The position numbers and the translations under genes are program-made. The notes beneath the pieces were generated by a model. That model was not told where the DNA came from. It saw only the letters and a program-made list of their open reading frames with translations, and did not search any database. A stretch of 64,000 nucleotides of DNA from Spirogloea muscicola (taxonomy: Eukaryota), in NCBI GenBank assembly GCA_009602725.1, contig WELB01000023.1, forward strand, positions 607,331-671,330, in the 5' to 3' direction. This document shows, in pieces, positions 11,409 to 23,349 of this stretch (position 1 is its first letter; each line of letters starts with the position of its first letter).

Positions 11409-14400
11409 ATGGCGTCCCGCTTCTGGATGCAGGCGAGCCGCCGCCCGCCGCCCTCCCTTGCTCGTTTCCCGACGTCACTGGCGGCGCCGCAAGCGTGGCG
11501 GCCTCTTTGCATCCAGATGTGGCGCCGTTGCCTCGACTGGACCTCTGCGCCGCGAGGCTCTCGCGTTGTCATAGACGGACGGCCTTGGACTCGGCGAGTC
11601 CGTCTCCGTTGCTGGTTGCGGCATGCGCATCTGACACATCCTAGCTGTGCACCTTTCCCGCGGAGTGCAGAGCGACAGTGAATCCGATGAGGAGGAGGAG
11701 GTGGAGGCGGAGGAGGAGGAGGACGACGAGGAGGCCGAGGAGGCGCCCAAGGCCGCCGCGCCCGGGGCCGCCAACAAGTATCTGCAGGACGACTCTGACA
11801 GGCACGCACGCAGCTGCCCTTCCTGGCGTTGAGCCCGAGTGTCGAGCGAGTGTTTCAAGGGCTGTACTCAGGCTCTGACAAGCCATGGTCGAGCAAGCCA
11901 TCATCTGGCAGCTACGCTTTCCGCTGCAGATTGACCTGCCATGGCTGTCAGATGGGGCTTTTCTCCTGGCTTTTGAGGTTCTTAGAGCTAGTCCGGACTC
12001 AAGCAGCTGACGACAGCTGTTAGTTGTTACTGTCCTGCAGCGACAATTCCGATGATCAGCGGAGGGTGGTCCGCAGTGCCAAGGACAAGCGCTTTGATGA
12101 GATGGCGCAGACGATCGAGCAGATGCGCAACCTCATCAAGATCAACGACTGGGTGTCCCTCCAGGAGAGCTTTGAGAAGATGAACAAGCAGCTGGAGAAG
12201 GTGAGCAGCGCTCCAACCTAGGTGCATGCAAGATGGCCCACTGCACACGAAGGCTGTGCAGGATGCTTGCTCGGTCATTCGGTGATGGTGCAATACTCAA
12301 ACCATGCCAAGTAAGTGAGGGGCCTCTGATCAGGACTGTCTCTGAAAGTCAGCATTTTCCTTCATAGGTAAGTCGGGGGGTGAAGACACTGCAGTGGTAG
12401 CTGCTCTGTCGAGCAAATGATGATGGGATGCAGATGCAGGCACACCTGAGCCACAATGGTGATCCAGTTGGGGATGTGGAGTCAACCAAGATACGCCTTG
12501 AAACTTGGTGACATGGTACCTCGTTGATGAAGCATCTTCTTGTCTGCTCAAACACCCATTTGTGCTCCCCCAGGTGCAACGCTCAAGCGAGAGCACCGTG
12601 GCTCCGAGGCTGTACATCAAGGCCTTGATCATGCTGGAGGACACCCTCGCGGCAACACTGGCAAACAAGGACACCAAGAAGAAAATGAGCCCGAGCAACG
12701 CAAAGGCCTTGAACTACATGAAGCAAAAGCTGAAGAAGAATAACAAGCTCTATGAGGTATTGGCGCAGTCAAAGAGAGTCTGCTTGAATACCTGAACCTG
12801 CCACTGACTTTAATACACCTGAAGGGTCTAGTTTCCAGGAATGAAAGCAAAGCAATCTGGCTTACGCAGATGTCATACATGTTGCTCGCCGATGCTGTGA
12901 TGTGCGATCATAGTTGCCCCCTAATTGCACTTTTGCACTGTGAAGGTGGAGATTGAGAAAGTGAGAGCTAATCCTGAGAGCGAGGAGGAGGAGCAAGAGG
13001 AGGAGGATGAGGAGGAAGATGAGGAAGGCGATTACAGTGACGAGGAGCCGGCCAAAATAGCAGGTGCTTGCCTCATCATATATCTCTGTGCTTTCTCTCG
13101 CTTCAACTTATTTGGGTATAGGTTGACCACCTCCATTGGGTACGAGAATCTCAGTCACTCATTTGCGAACATCTGGCTGCTTGTGCATCATGCCTCGCTG
13201 AAGCTGGCCAGCATAGGCAGCAGCACTGTGTCTGACTTTCTTCCCGGTGTCAATGAGTCAGGTCAATTTGACGAAGATGATGAGGATGAGGAGGGTGGGG
13301 AGAGCGATGGAGAGGGCGGCTGGGAGAAGAAGCGCAACAAGAAAGACAAGTCAATGGACAAGCAGTTTGCCAAGTAATCGCATACGCCAATTTCTTATCA
13401 CGGACCATTTTTCCGTTCAGTTGACTAGTTGAGATCACATGCAACAGATCATTGTTGTACTTACAGTCATCCACATGTGACTACATTGGTGAACTTACGT
13501 GTGGAGCGAGCCCGCATCTGTCTGTTGCCAGGGATCCTAGTGAGATTTCCTGGGAGATGGTGAACAACAAGCTGAAGGAGATCATAGCAGCTAGAGGCAG
13601 GAAGGGTACAGACAGAGCTGAGCAAGTGGAGCAGCTCACATATCTGACACGAGTTGCCAAGACTCCCGCCCAGAAGCTAGAGGTCATGATCCACGTTGTG
13701 TCGGCGCAGTTTGACGTCAATCCAAGGTCAGCCACTACAGCGCCGCTTGCTTTCTTGGAGAAAAGGCACTAGGAATGTCTAGCTCGTGTACAATGAGTGT
13801 ACATGAACGTTGCAGATTGTTGAAGTGCTGGGACTCTTGATATATTGCACACATTGTGAAAGATGTGATTCTGTCGTGCCTGGGTTCTCATGCCTTGATG
13901 CAATGCTTCTGTTCTACTGTGTGCAGCCTGAACACCCACATGCCTTTGGCTGTGTGGAAGAAGTGTGTACAAAACCTCTTGATGATCTTGGACATCCTCG
14001 TGCAGTACCCCAACATCATCATGAATGATGGGGTTGAGGCCGCAGCTATTGACTTGGAGGAGGAAACCCAGAAGGGTGCAGATTATGAAGGAGAGATTCA
14101 CGTCTGGGGCAACATCGTGGCCTTCTTGGAGCGGATTGATGACGAGCTGTTCAAGTCGTTGCAGGTGATTAAGTACCTCTTGGCCAGTGACAGGGAGAGC
14201 AATGATTGTTAATGCAAGTTGGCTGTATATATGCTGTGCTGCTGAGGCTTGTTCTTGGATGATGATGCAGCTGCCAAGCAGCTGTCTTAGCAAACGAGAG
14301 ATTGTTTGTATTCTTATGATCGATTGAGATTGCTGCTGTGCTGCAGTGCATCGACCCCCACACCAAGGAGTACGTGGAGAGGCTAAGGGACGAGCCAGCC

Positions 14401-17400
14401 TTGATGGCGGTTGCGCAGAATGTCCAAGATTATGTCGAGCGCATCAGGGACACACGGTCTGCTGCCCGCATAGCACTGAGGAGAGTCGAACATGTGTATT
14501 ACAAGCCTCAGGTACCTTGTTTGCGCTTATTAGAGTTGCTGTTTTCATACAGAAGTGTGGTAGCTTGTGACTGGGCCTGTATGTTGTGACATTGCTTTCA
14601 GTCTGTGTATGTGGAGTGCTGCTGTTCATTCAGTCTTGATGGTCTTTGCTTCGTTTGCAGACCGTTTATGAGGCCATGCGCAAGCTCGCCGAGCAGCAAG
14701 CCGAGACCGATGCAATGGCGGAAGTTGTGGTCGAGGAAAGGGAAGAGCCGGACGGCGAGGCGGCCATGGATGGCGAGGACGGTGGGCCCAAGAGGAAGAA
14801 GGCCCTCAAGTCCGAGGGGCCCCCGGCGTTTGTGGTCACGCCGGCCGTCGTCCCCCGCTCTGCCCATTTCCCAGAGAGCAGCCGGGAGCTCATGGACATC
14901 CTGCTGGGCTGCATCTACAAGTATGGTGATGAGCGGACCAAGGCGCGGGCGATGCTGTGCGACATCTTCCACCACGCCCTCCACGACCGCTACCACACCG
15001 CCAGGGACCTTCTCCTCATGAGTCACCTGCAGGTAGTTAAACGACCCCTATTCTGCATAACATACACTACTCGGTCTGTTTTGAAAAGTACTTATTACTG
15101 GGTCTACTCCCAGAAACTGTGGCGGGTTTCCCATGACAGCTTGGAGCGTTGGATTGCTAAATGTCGTCTACTGTAGAAGCTCAATAGAGAAGCATGCTTG
15201 CTGTGTTTCATTTGTTGTCCACTTCTGGCATCTGCTTGCGCAGGAGAACGTGCAGCACATGGACATTGCAACGCAGATCCTGTTCAACAGGGCGATGGTG
15301 ACGCTGGCCCTGTGCGCCTTCCGGGCATCGCTGGTCCCCGAGGCGCACAGCTGCCTGTCAGAGCTGTACGCGGGCGGTCGCGTGAAGGAGCTTCTGGCGC
15401 AGGGCGTGTCGCAGAGCCGCTACCACGAGCGCAATCCAGAGCAGGAGAAGCTGGAGCGGCGGCGGCAGATGCCCTTCCACCTGCACATCAATTTGGAGCT
15501 CCTGGAAGCCGTGCACCTCATCACTGCTATGCTGCTTGAGGTTCCTAACATGGCCGCCAATGCTCACGACATCAAGCGCAAGATCATCTCGAAGCCCTTC
15601 CGGTAGGCTGTTGGAAGTACTGCACTCTTGTGATAGTTTGGAGTCCTCACTGAGAAGCCAGCCAGTACTGTCCTGCCTTCTGGATTGGAAGCAAAGGCTC
15701 GTCGTCTTAAAGTGGCCGTAACTCTCAAGATTATTGGAAGCTAATACTCTGAGACAATTGTGTGGCTCCTCCTCAGACGGCTGCTGGACAACTACGAGCG
15801 CCAGACTCTGACTGGTCCGCCTGAGAACGTTCGCGACCACGTGATGGCGGCTACCAGGGCCTTGTTCAAGGGCGACTGGCGCAAGGCAATGGATATCCTG
15901 AATGTGAGCCCGTCATATGACTTTAAGCTCGTGAAGTTTCTGGGCTTGCATTGCTGAAATAGAGTGGCTGAGTTCAGCCCTTCTGTGCTTCTGGAGACCC
16001 ATCTGTGGGGTTGCTGTGCCTGTTGGCAGGCACTTGATGTCTGGAAGCTGCTGCCGAGCCGTGTCAGTGAACACGTGCTTGAGATGGTCAAGGGGAAGGT
16101 TCAGGAGGAGGGTCTGCGCACATATCTGTTCACGTTCTCACCGCACTACGACTCCATGTCTCTGGACCAGCTAATTAAGGTATCAAAAGTCACAAGTGTG
16201 CTGCCACATGCACGGCATTACAGGATGACACCTGTTTCAGCACACATGAGTTTGCCTTATGAGCTATGATATGGCCTGCTCTCTGGAAATAGGTGCAGTT
16301 GCTTGCTGCAGGCTGTCATGGTAGAGCTGATGGTTGTGCGGTTCTGCAGATGTACGAGCTGCCTGAAGCAGTGGTACACAGCGTAGTCTCCAAGATGATC
16401 ATCGCCCAGGAGCTGCCGGCGAGTTGGGACCAGCCGACCAGGTCGATAGCCATGCACAATGTGGAGCCGACGCGGTTGCAGCACCTTGCCATTCAGGTGG
16501 ACTCCATTGCCTGCCTACAGTGCCCACAGCAAGAGCCAGCTTGTAGTCACCAGAGAAATGGCTGGATGGTGATTGCGAGGATGTTTACATGCCTGGGTTT
16601 GAATAGCGCAGCACTTGGTTCTAATAATAGGATCAATACGTCTGCAGCAGAGGATGATTGTGCTCTTGAAATGTTGTTGTTGTGTGTAGCCAATTGACAT
16701 TTGCTGGTTGTTCTCTGCGTCCACAGTACTCAGAGAAGCTCAACGTGCTGGTGGAGAGCAACGAGCGGGCACTGGAGACGGCGACGGGCGGCTTTGGCCT
16801 AGAGGCCTTTGGAGACGGAGGCGGCGGCCGGGGAGGGAGGAAGGGCAGGGACAGGGATGGTGGGGACTACGGAGGCGGCGCCTCTGGCAGGCGGGACCGA
16901 GGCGACTACGGTGGCGGTGGCGGTGGCGGAGGCTATGGTGGGGGCCGGGGAGGAGGGGGCTATGGGGGCAGCTTCGGAGGCGGCAGAGGCGGTGGCGGTG
17001 GAGGTGGGTACGGTGGAGGTGGCGGCGGTTACGGTGGTGGGAGGGGAGGCGGTGGCTGGGGAGGCCGAGGCGGCGGCTGGGACAGCCAGCGCCCCGGCTA
17101 CGGGCCCAGCCGGGGCGGCGGCTACGGCGGCAGTAGCTACCAGAGCTCGAGGTGCTGAGCTCTTCTGTCCAGCGTCCTTCTGTACTTAAGTGTGTTGTGG
17201 TAAATTGCTTAGTGTTAATTGCTGATGCTCCGTGAGGCTCGCTCCTTTGAAGTACAGGCATCCTGATGGCTGGGAAGCTTCAGGGGCATATCAAATCATT
17301 CTGAACAGCTATATATGTTAGGAGGCATGCTAAGTCCTTTCTTTAGTATACCTGATTGCTTGCTGCCTAATACAAGGTTCATTGTTGCAATACAGGTATC

Positions 17401-17564
17401 AGGACGCGTACGCTGTCAGGAGCACGGTGTACCAGAGCTCGTCCGAGAAGGCGCAGATGGGTGGCGTGGATGGGAGGAGAGGGGCGAGCGCGGGCGATGC
17501 CGGCAACCGCATGGTCAGCCTCAACTACGGGGGGTCAGCACGTGGCCAGGGAGGGCGCTACTAG
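11409..17564 (+). CDS. eIF3c: Eukaryotic translation initiation factor 3 subunit C (multi-exon)
   Basis: MASRFW.., [83 protein letters not shown] region, then a Gly/Arg-rich tail ending RY*. Confidence 0.98.
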
Positions 17565-18211
17565 TCTTGCTTGCCTACTTAGGACTGTGTGCGCATGCGC
17601 ACCTCACCGTATGCAGCAGAGAAGAGCCAGACAATGCTCAGGCAGGCTTGCAACCACTCCCTGCGATGGGCTTGGTCAGCACCACTATTTCTTCCTTGTT
17701 GTGGAGGTGTCAAGAAGTAAACTTGTCAGCTGGATTGCACACAGAACACTTTGGTGTTGGCACCACATTGGTCCAGGTCAAATTTGCAAAAGACGGGCCG
17801 ATTAAGGGCTGTTCTGGCTCAGAGTCGAAGTGAGGGACACTCTGTCTTATGCAGCATCCTCGGTCAGGACATTTTGCCACCAGATTCACAACAGTGCAAG
17901 CCAGAGGATCTAGGCCATATGTAGATGCAAGAGCAAGGTCATTTTGGTTTGCAATAGCTTTGGTCAGGCGTTCAAATCGCCTGCAGCAAGCTGGTGAAGT
18001 ACAAATGTGTGCAACTGTTCGCCACACATTCCTCTGCCACTTAAGCCTGAGCAAGCACTCCTGAATGTGCCATCCCTTTGACTTTATTGACAAACTTGAG
18101 TACTTGGACAGCGTGGGTTGCTATATTGGCAGCTGTAAATCCATTGGTCCTCATCCAGCACTGGACACTCCTGGGAAACCTTTGGGTTGAGAATACCACC
18201 AGCACGCCAAG

Positions 18212-20518
18212 TCATGCATTGTCGAAATCTGCTTGATGTTGTGTGCCTGAGTTGGCACTGACAATCACTCCCTGCATCAAGCCCGCTAGGTCCTGGTCAC
18301 GCTGGCCGGGCATCCACAAAGGCGAGGGAGGTGGCGAGAGGGTGGGGAAAAGCGGCAGGGTGGGAGGGCTGCTGATCTTGACAGGCGTGTCCATAGGCGT
18401 GTTGACGGCGGCAGCCACATCGCACGTTTCCGCTATGATGCCAGTGCAGTGGTCAATGTCGAGCTCCATCTGCCCCTGCAGGCTGTTCTTGTCGACGTGC
18501 ACGATCTTCTCCATGCCCTCCGTCAAGATGGATGCTGCACTGACATTGTGCATCTGCAGGAAAGACATGAGGATCAGATTGTTGCACCGTTTGAGCACAG
18601 TCCCAGACCTGTGGCTGCTCTTAGGATGATGGCGGAGCTGCCGGGCGCCCCACCTGCAATGGCTGGAGTATCCTTGGCGTCGTTGCATCGAAGGGCAGAA
18701 ACTCAGGGGAGGGCAGAGGCCTCATCGCAACCGGCGCATGCAATGTGCTATGCCTCGCGCTCTTCCTGTCTGTCTTCTTCAAGCTCGAGCTGCACGCTTG
18801 TTGTGGGTCGCGGTTCTCTTCTTCACGGGCTCTCAGCAGGTTTGCCTTGAGCATCTGCACACGAGCAGGTGTCTCATGAGGGTCCAGGCGCAAAACTCCG
18901 GCTCATCATACAATTTCACTTGATACTGGCAAGCGTCTGTCACGAGAGCAAGACCTATCCGTCTGACCTGAATGACCCTGTCTTTCGTGGCTGCCTCCTT
19001 CTCCTTTTGTTTCAACTGGACTTCCTGTGTCTTAAAAATGCCCTCCTGCTCCTGCGCTTTCTTCTCTGCTGCTGACAGTTGGCGCTGGGCGATGACGACA
19101 GCCAAAGGTCTCAGCAGCTCGATACTAGTGGCAGTCACAAGCATCAAACACATGAAGCGCAGACTGCTTGAATGCAGCTGTACCATAAGAAACGCCGAAT
19201 CAACTGTGCGAGCATGCATCATCAACCTGTATATTTTGAACCTTGCTGTCGTTCTCTTTGCAACACTTCTTCAGCTTGGAGACCTGGGACAGAGCTCCAA
19301 CAAATGACAGCATCAACGTTATGCTACTGTATGCACCCTCAGCGTGGAAAACAGCGCCTGACAATGTCGACCATTCAACTGTCCTCCATTGGGTCATGGG
19401 AGCACTTGTAGGCTTTGTTCACCTCTCCTTCGAGGTGTGCAATCTGGTCTAGCCTCCTCAACCTCGACCGCTGAGCAGACTGTTCGTTTGTGCCACGTGC
19501 ATGCACTTGACAGAGGTGAGCTCAAGCACAATCGAAGAACGCTCGGCTCCTGCAAGCTTTTCATTCTTGCAATGCAAAGTTCGTCAGTGGCAAGCTTCCA
19601 GGTCCCCACACTCACCTTGCGGTTGGCAACAATACGAGCAGCCTTCTTCGGGTCTTCCTTCTTGATCATCTGCATGGCATTCAAGTAAGCAAGGTGCATG
19701 CATGCCCAACTCGGCCCCTTGTAAGGTCCATGCATGCCTATGTACGTAATAATCGAAGAATTGCTCGAGTATACAGCATCTCAATCATCACAACTGGCTT
19801 TGCAGGTTGCTGCACTTACCTCAAGCTGCTGTTGCTCACACTTCCTCCTCCATGTCCCTACGCCCCACCTCTTTCGTTTATCAATCTCCTCAAGCTCTTG
19901 CTTCAGCGCAGTCTTTTTGACTGTTTACTTCATGAACATATAGTGATGGCGCTGGCTTTAGATATGACGATCTTGTCGCCAAGACTGGATACCAGCTCAG
20001 CTTACCTTGATCGATACTTGCCAGCGCAGCCAACCTGAAGTAAATGCACCTCTTTCAGTGAGCCGTTCAACTGCATTGGACTGTTGGTGGCCGCGACATG
20101 CCTTGTTGACTCCCATTCAGCGAGCTGTCTCGAATTTGCACCTACGACTATACCAATGCTAATGATACACACAAGCACATTGCAGATTTCAAAGTCATAT
20201 TATTCAACTGTTTTGCGTGTATGCAGCAGCCATAAGCAGCTATCTGCATCATGCACGACACGACAGCTGATATTAGAGCCTCTCCGTAGCGCACCTCCTC
20301 GAGTCCTTCACCTCCGGAGGCTCCTTGGACTTGACGGCACGGCTGGGCAGGCCCTTCACCAGCTTGGCCACCTGCTTCAGGTCGATGGCCGGCGGGCTGC
20401 CGCCGGAGGTGGAGGACTCGCCCGGCCCCTCCGTTGTCGCCGAGCCGCCGCTGCTGGCCGCATCGCCGGACGCCTCTGGGCCGTCGCCGGCGCTGGCGGG
20501 AGCGCGGCCCCGCGTCAT
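18212..20518 (-). CDS. bZIP transcription factor (basic region similar to plant group E/I) with coiled-coil and Pro-rich C-terminus
   Basis: Exon 19616-19669 (MIKKEDPKKAARIVANRK) joins exon 19423-19479 (SAQRSRLRRLDQIAHLEGE) and the next exon (VSKLKK...), giving the N-x7-R-x9-L-x6-L bZIP signature. All these junctions are GT-AG. Start codon uncertain. Confidence 0.85.
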
Positions 20519-21847
20519 CCGCCGCGTTGCGTGGCGCGGGCGATGTTTTTTTTTTTTTGCGGCGGCCGCCGCCGCCGGCACTTCCTCATCCCGCGCCGCC
20601 GCCGCCGCCGCCGCCAGAGCCCGGCCTGCAACTGCAACTGCAGCGTAGCACACCTGGCGAGGGGCTGGCCTGGGTGGGATGATCGCGTCATTGATTTCAA
20701 TCAGGACTAATGCCGCCGGCGCGGGAGGCCGGTGATACCCGCCGCACTCACCTGAATGGATTTGCATTTGGCTGCAGCCCTCCCCTGTTGCGGGGCCCAT
20801 TGAGGAGCCTATTGGCGTAAGTGACTTCGATGATCAAGGGCCTGACGTGCCGGTGATCGGTTATCCAACCCGATTAAAGAGTTCGCGTTTGGCTGCGGGC
20901 CTCCCCGTGATCAGGCCGCGGTCGCGCGGCGACGGCAACGCCAAGCGCTGCCGGCGGCGGCGGCGGCCGCCAGGACATCGCAAGCGCCACGTCGTCCACG
21001 GCAGGAGGTCCGCGATCACGCCAAGGCCAAAAGCACGCCGCCGTCGACGAGTGTGATGACCCTTGAGACTGAGCCGAACTCCACAACTGACCAGTGGATC
21101 ACCGGTTGCCATGTCGTGCATGTAGGGCTGCGCCAGAGCACGAAGGTGGAAGCGTGCGGCAGCCCGTGGCTGTTAGACGCTCGCAGTATATGGGCGATGC
21201 ACTCAGGTTTGGTTGCGCAGTCAGACTTGGCCCGTAAGGCCTGGTCAGCCGACTCTACTTTCTCTCTTTCCTCTCTTCAAATGATGACACATGTGACTTC
21301 ATTCTATTACTTTCTTCTCTTCCTTGTTCTTCCTTCTTATGTTTGAGGACACAATCGACTCCATTCTCTCTATTCCTTCTCTCCCTCTCGTTTTCTTCTT
21401 CCAGGACCTAGCTTCTACAGCTGCTGTCCTTGTGAAAGGACAACTTCCCTTCGACGACTCATATGTGTAATTCCTGTTCATCGATCGCCAATTACTTCAA
21501 CGAACTCCACATCGTCATCAGCAAGGAAACAGAGGAAGCGTGGCGCAGCACAGACTTCCAGTCAGAGCAACTTTTTCCAGATGCAACTTTCATATCTGAT
21601 AGCTATTGCTCTTTCTTCTCTATGTTATTGACTATGCAAGCAGCATAGGGTTACCAACCTTCGCGTCCTGATTCTCCAACTCAAGCATTAGAGTCTTGAC
21701 CTTATTAATATGATTCTGCACTTTGTCGGTTTCCAATATTTTCAGATCGTACAAATATTCCTATAGATAAATGATTCACGATGGATATCCTCTCATAAAT
21801 AGAGATAAGATGATTCCATTTGTGGATAGCTCTGGTAAGATTTCGAG

Positions 21848-22289
21848 TATGAATTAGTTGATTATCATCTACATTTAAAGAAGTTGTTGACATTACTTTC
21901 TCATTTTTCCTCGACCAGATGTATGTATATTTGATCTGCCAATGGTTCTGAATCCGAACCATCAACACTTCCGTGAGATTTCGGGTCCTGAAGATGCATA
22001 GTCATCTTCCATCTCCAGGAAGACAGTTTCTCACCAGTGAATTTTGTAATCAGCACTGCTGGAGAAGTGATGTCAAACAGCGCTGGTAAATATGTTACTT
22101 CCTGGAAATGGAAGATGACTATGCACTTTCAGGACCAGAATCTCACGGGATTGTTGATGGTTCGGATCCGGAACCATTGGAAGATCATTCTACATACAAC
22201 AATCTGGTCGAGAAAAATCAGAAGGTATTGTCAACATTCCTTTGAGAGTACAAGTTCTTTGAATGTAGATGACAATCACTTGATTCATA
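21848..22289. repeat. Long imperfect inverted repeat (arms ~21848-22022 and ~22098-22289)
   Basis: The arms are reverse complements, e.g. tgcatagtcatcttccat versus atggaagatgactatgca. Opposite-strand ORFs 21705..21968 and 22037..22357 give near-identical peptides. Confidence 0.95.
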
Positions 22290-23349
22290 ACCCTCATCTC
22301 GTCCAGCTGCTGAGCATCCGCTCAAAAAGTACCGGCCTGATTGAGTTCAGGGGGTAGTGCAAAATGAGACCAACTACTAATCACGATCTCCTGCGTTGAG
22401 CCACAAGCTCCTAAACCGTGTCTGGCAAGTGCAACACGTCCCCTGCTCTTATGAGCATTCCCTGCTCTCTAGAGAGAACAGACCAGCTATTCCCTGTGGC
22501 ATCTGGTGTAGTCAAACCATGAGTCTCAAGTGGCAATTGTCTCATGCCATGCATCTCTGTGGGTGCGTCAAAGCAAACACCAACAAGTTTCTCCTTCCAG
22601 CTGCATCTGGCTGACCACAACAGACCAAGACTAACAGAGTCAGTAATTCAGGAAGACAAATAAGGAGGATCATGCAATTGCGAAGGCGGCAGACTCACTG
22701 TAAGAAGGTTGGAGCTGAGTGGAATCTATATTCCTGCAACACCTCGAGATGACGTATTCTAAAGCAGCAAAGGTGTGCAGAATACTCGCGAGATGAGGCT
22801 TCCCGTTGGTAGGTCTTTGGCAAGGCCCACCAATGGCAACCATATAAGGCAACCACCTCATGGGCTCTGCGGAGGTCAAGATGGTGTCCTCGAACAAGCG
22901 TCAGAGCCTGTCCTGCATGTGTCTCTCCAACTCTACCCGAACAAGCCAGCACAAGGGCAATCTACTTGCCTTCTCTGTGCAAACCTTCTTGCAGAGAAGG
23001 GGTTGAAACGAGCCTTGCCTGCTAGTGGTTTGGCTGGCCAACTTCTTGCTGGAGAAGCAGGACCTTATCTTCTAAGCGCGTCCTCAGTATAGGCATGTGC
23101 TGATTGAGGCCCAATGCACAATGTATCATGATTCAGCTTTCTCGTGCCCAGCATGCCTTCACTCCTGCAAAGCAAAGTCACACAAAGACCTGACTATCTT
23201 GCTGCTGTAGGGTGGAAACATATGCTTGTGGGCCTGAATGAGAACAAGGCTTGCATGCTGCTGGAAGTGCTGGAAGGAGCTCCTCAACTTCTCAGTCACC
23301 TTGAGCTGTCTTTGCACGCAGATCAGGGAGGAGGGCATCGTTGACTTCC

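Noticed and set aside
19585..19870. Apparent repeated VGTW(R/K) peptide motif in the bZIP locus
   Set aside because: At least one copy lies inside the intron following a strong gtgagt donor, so it is coincidental.
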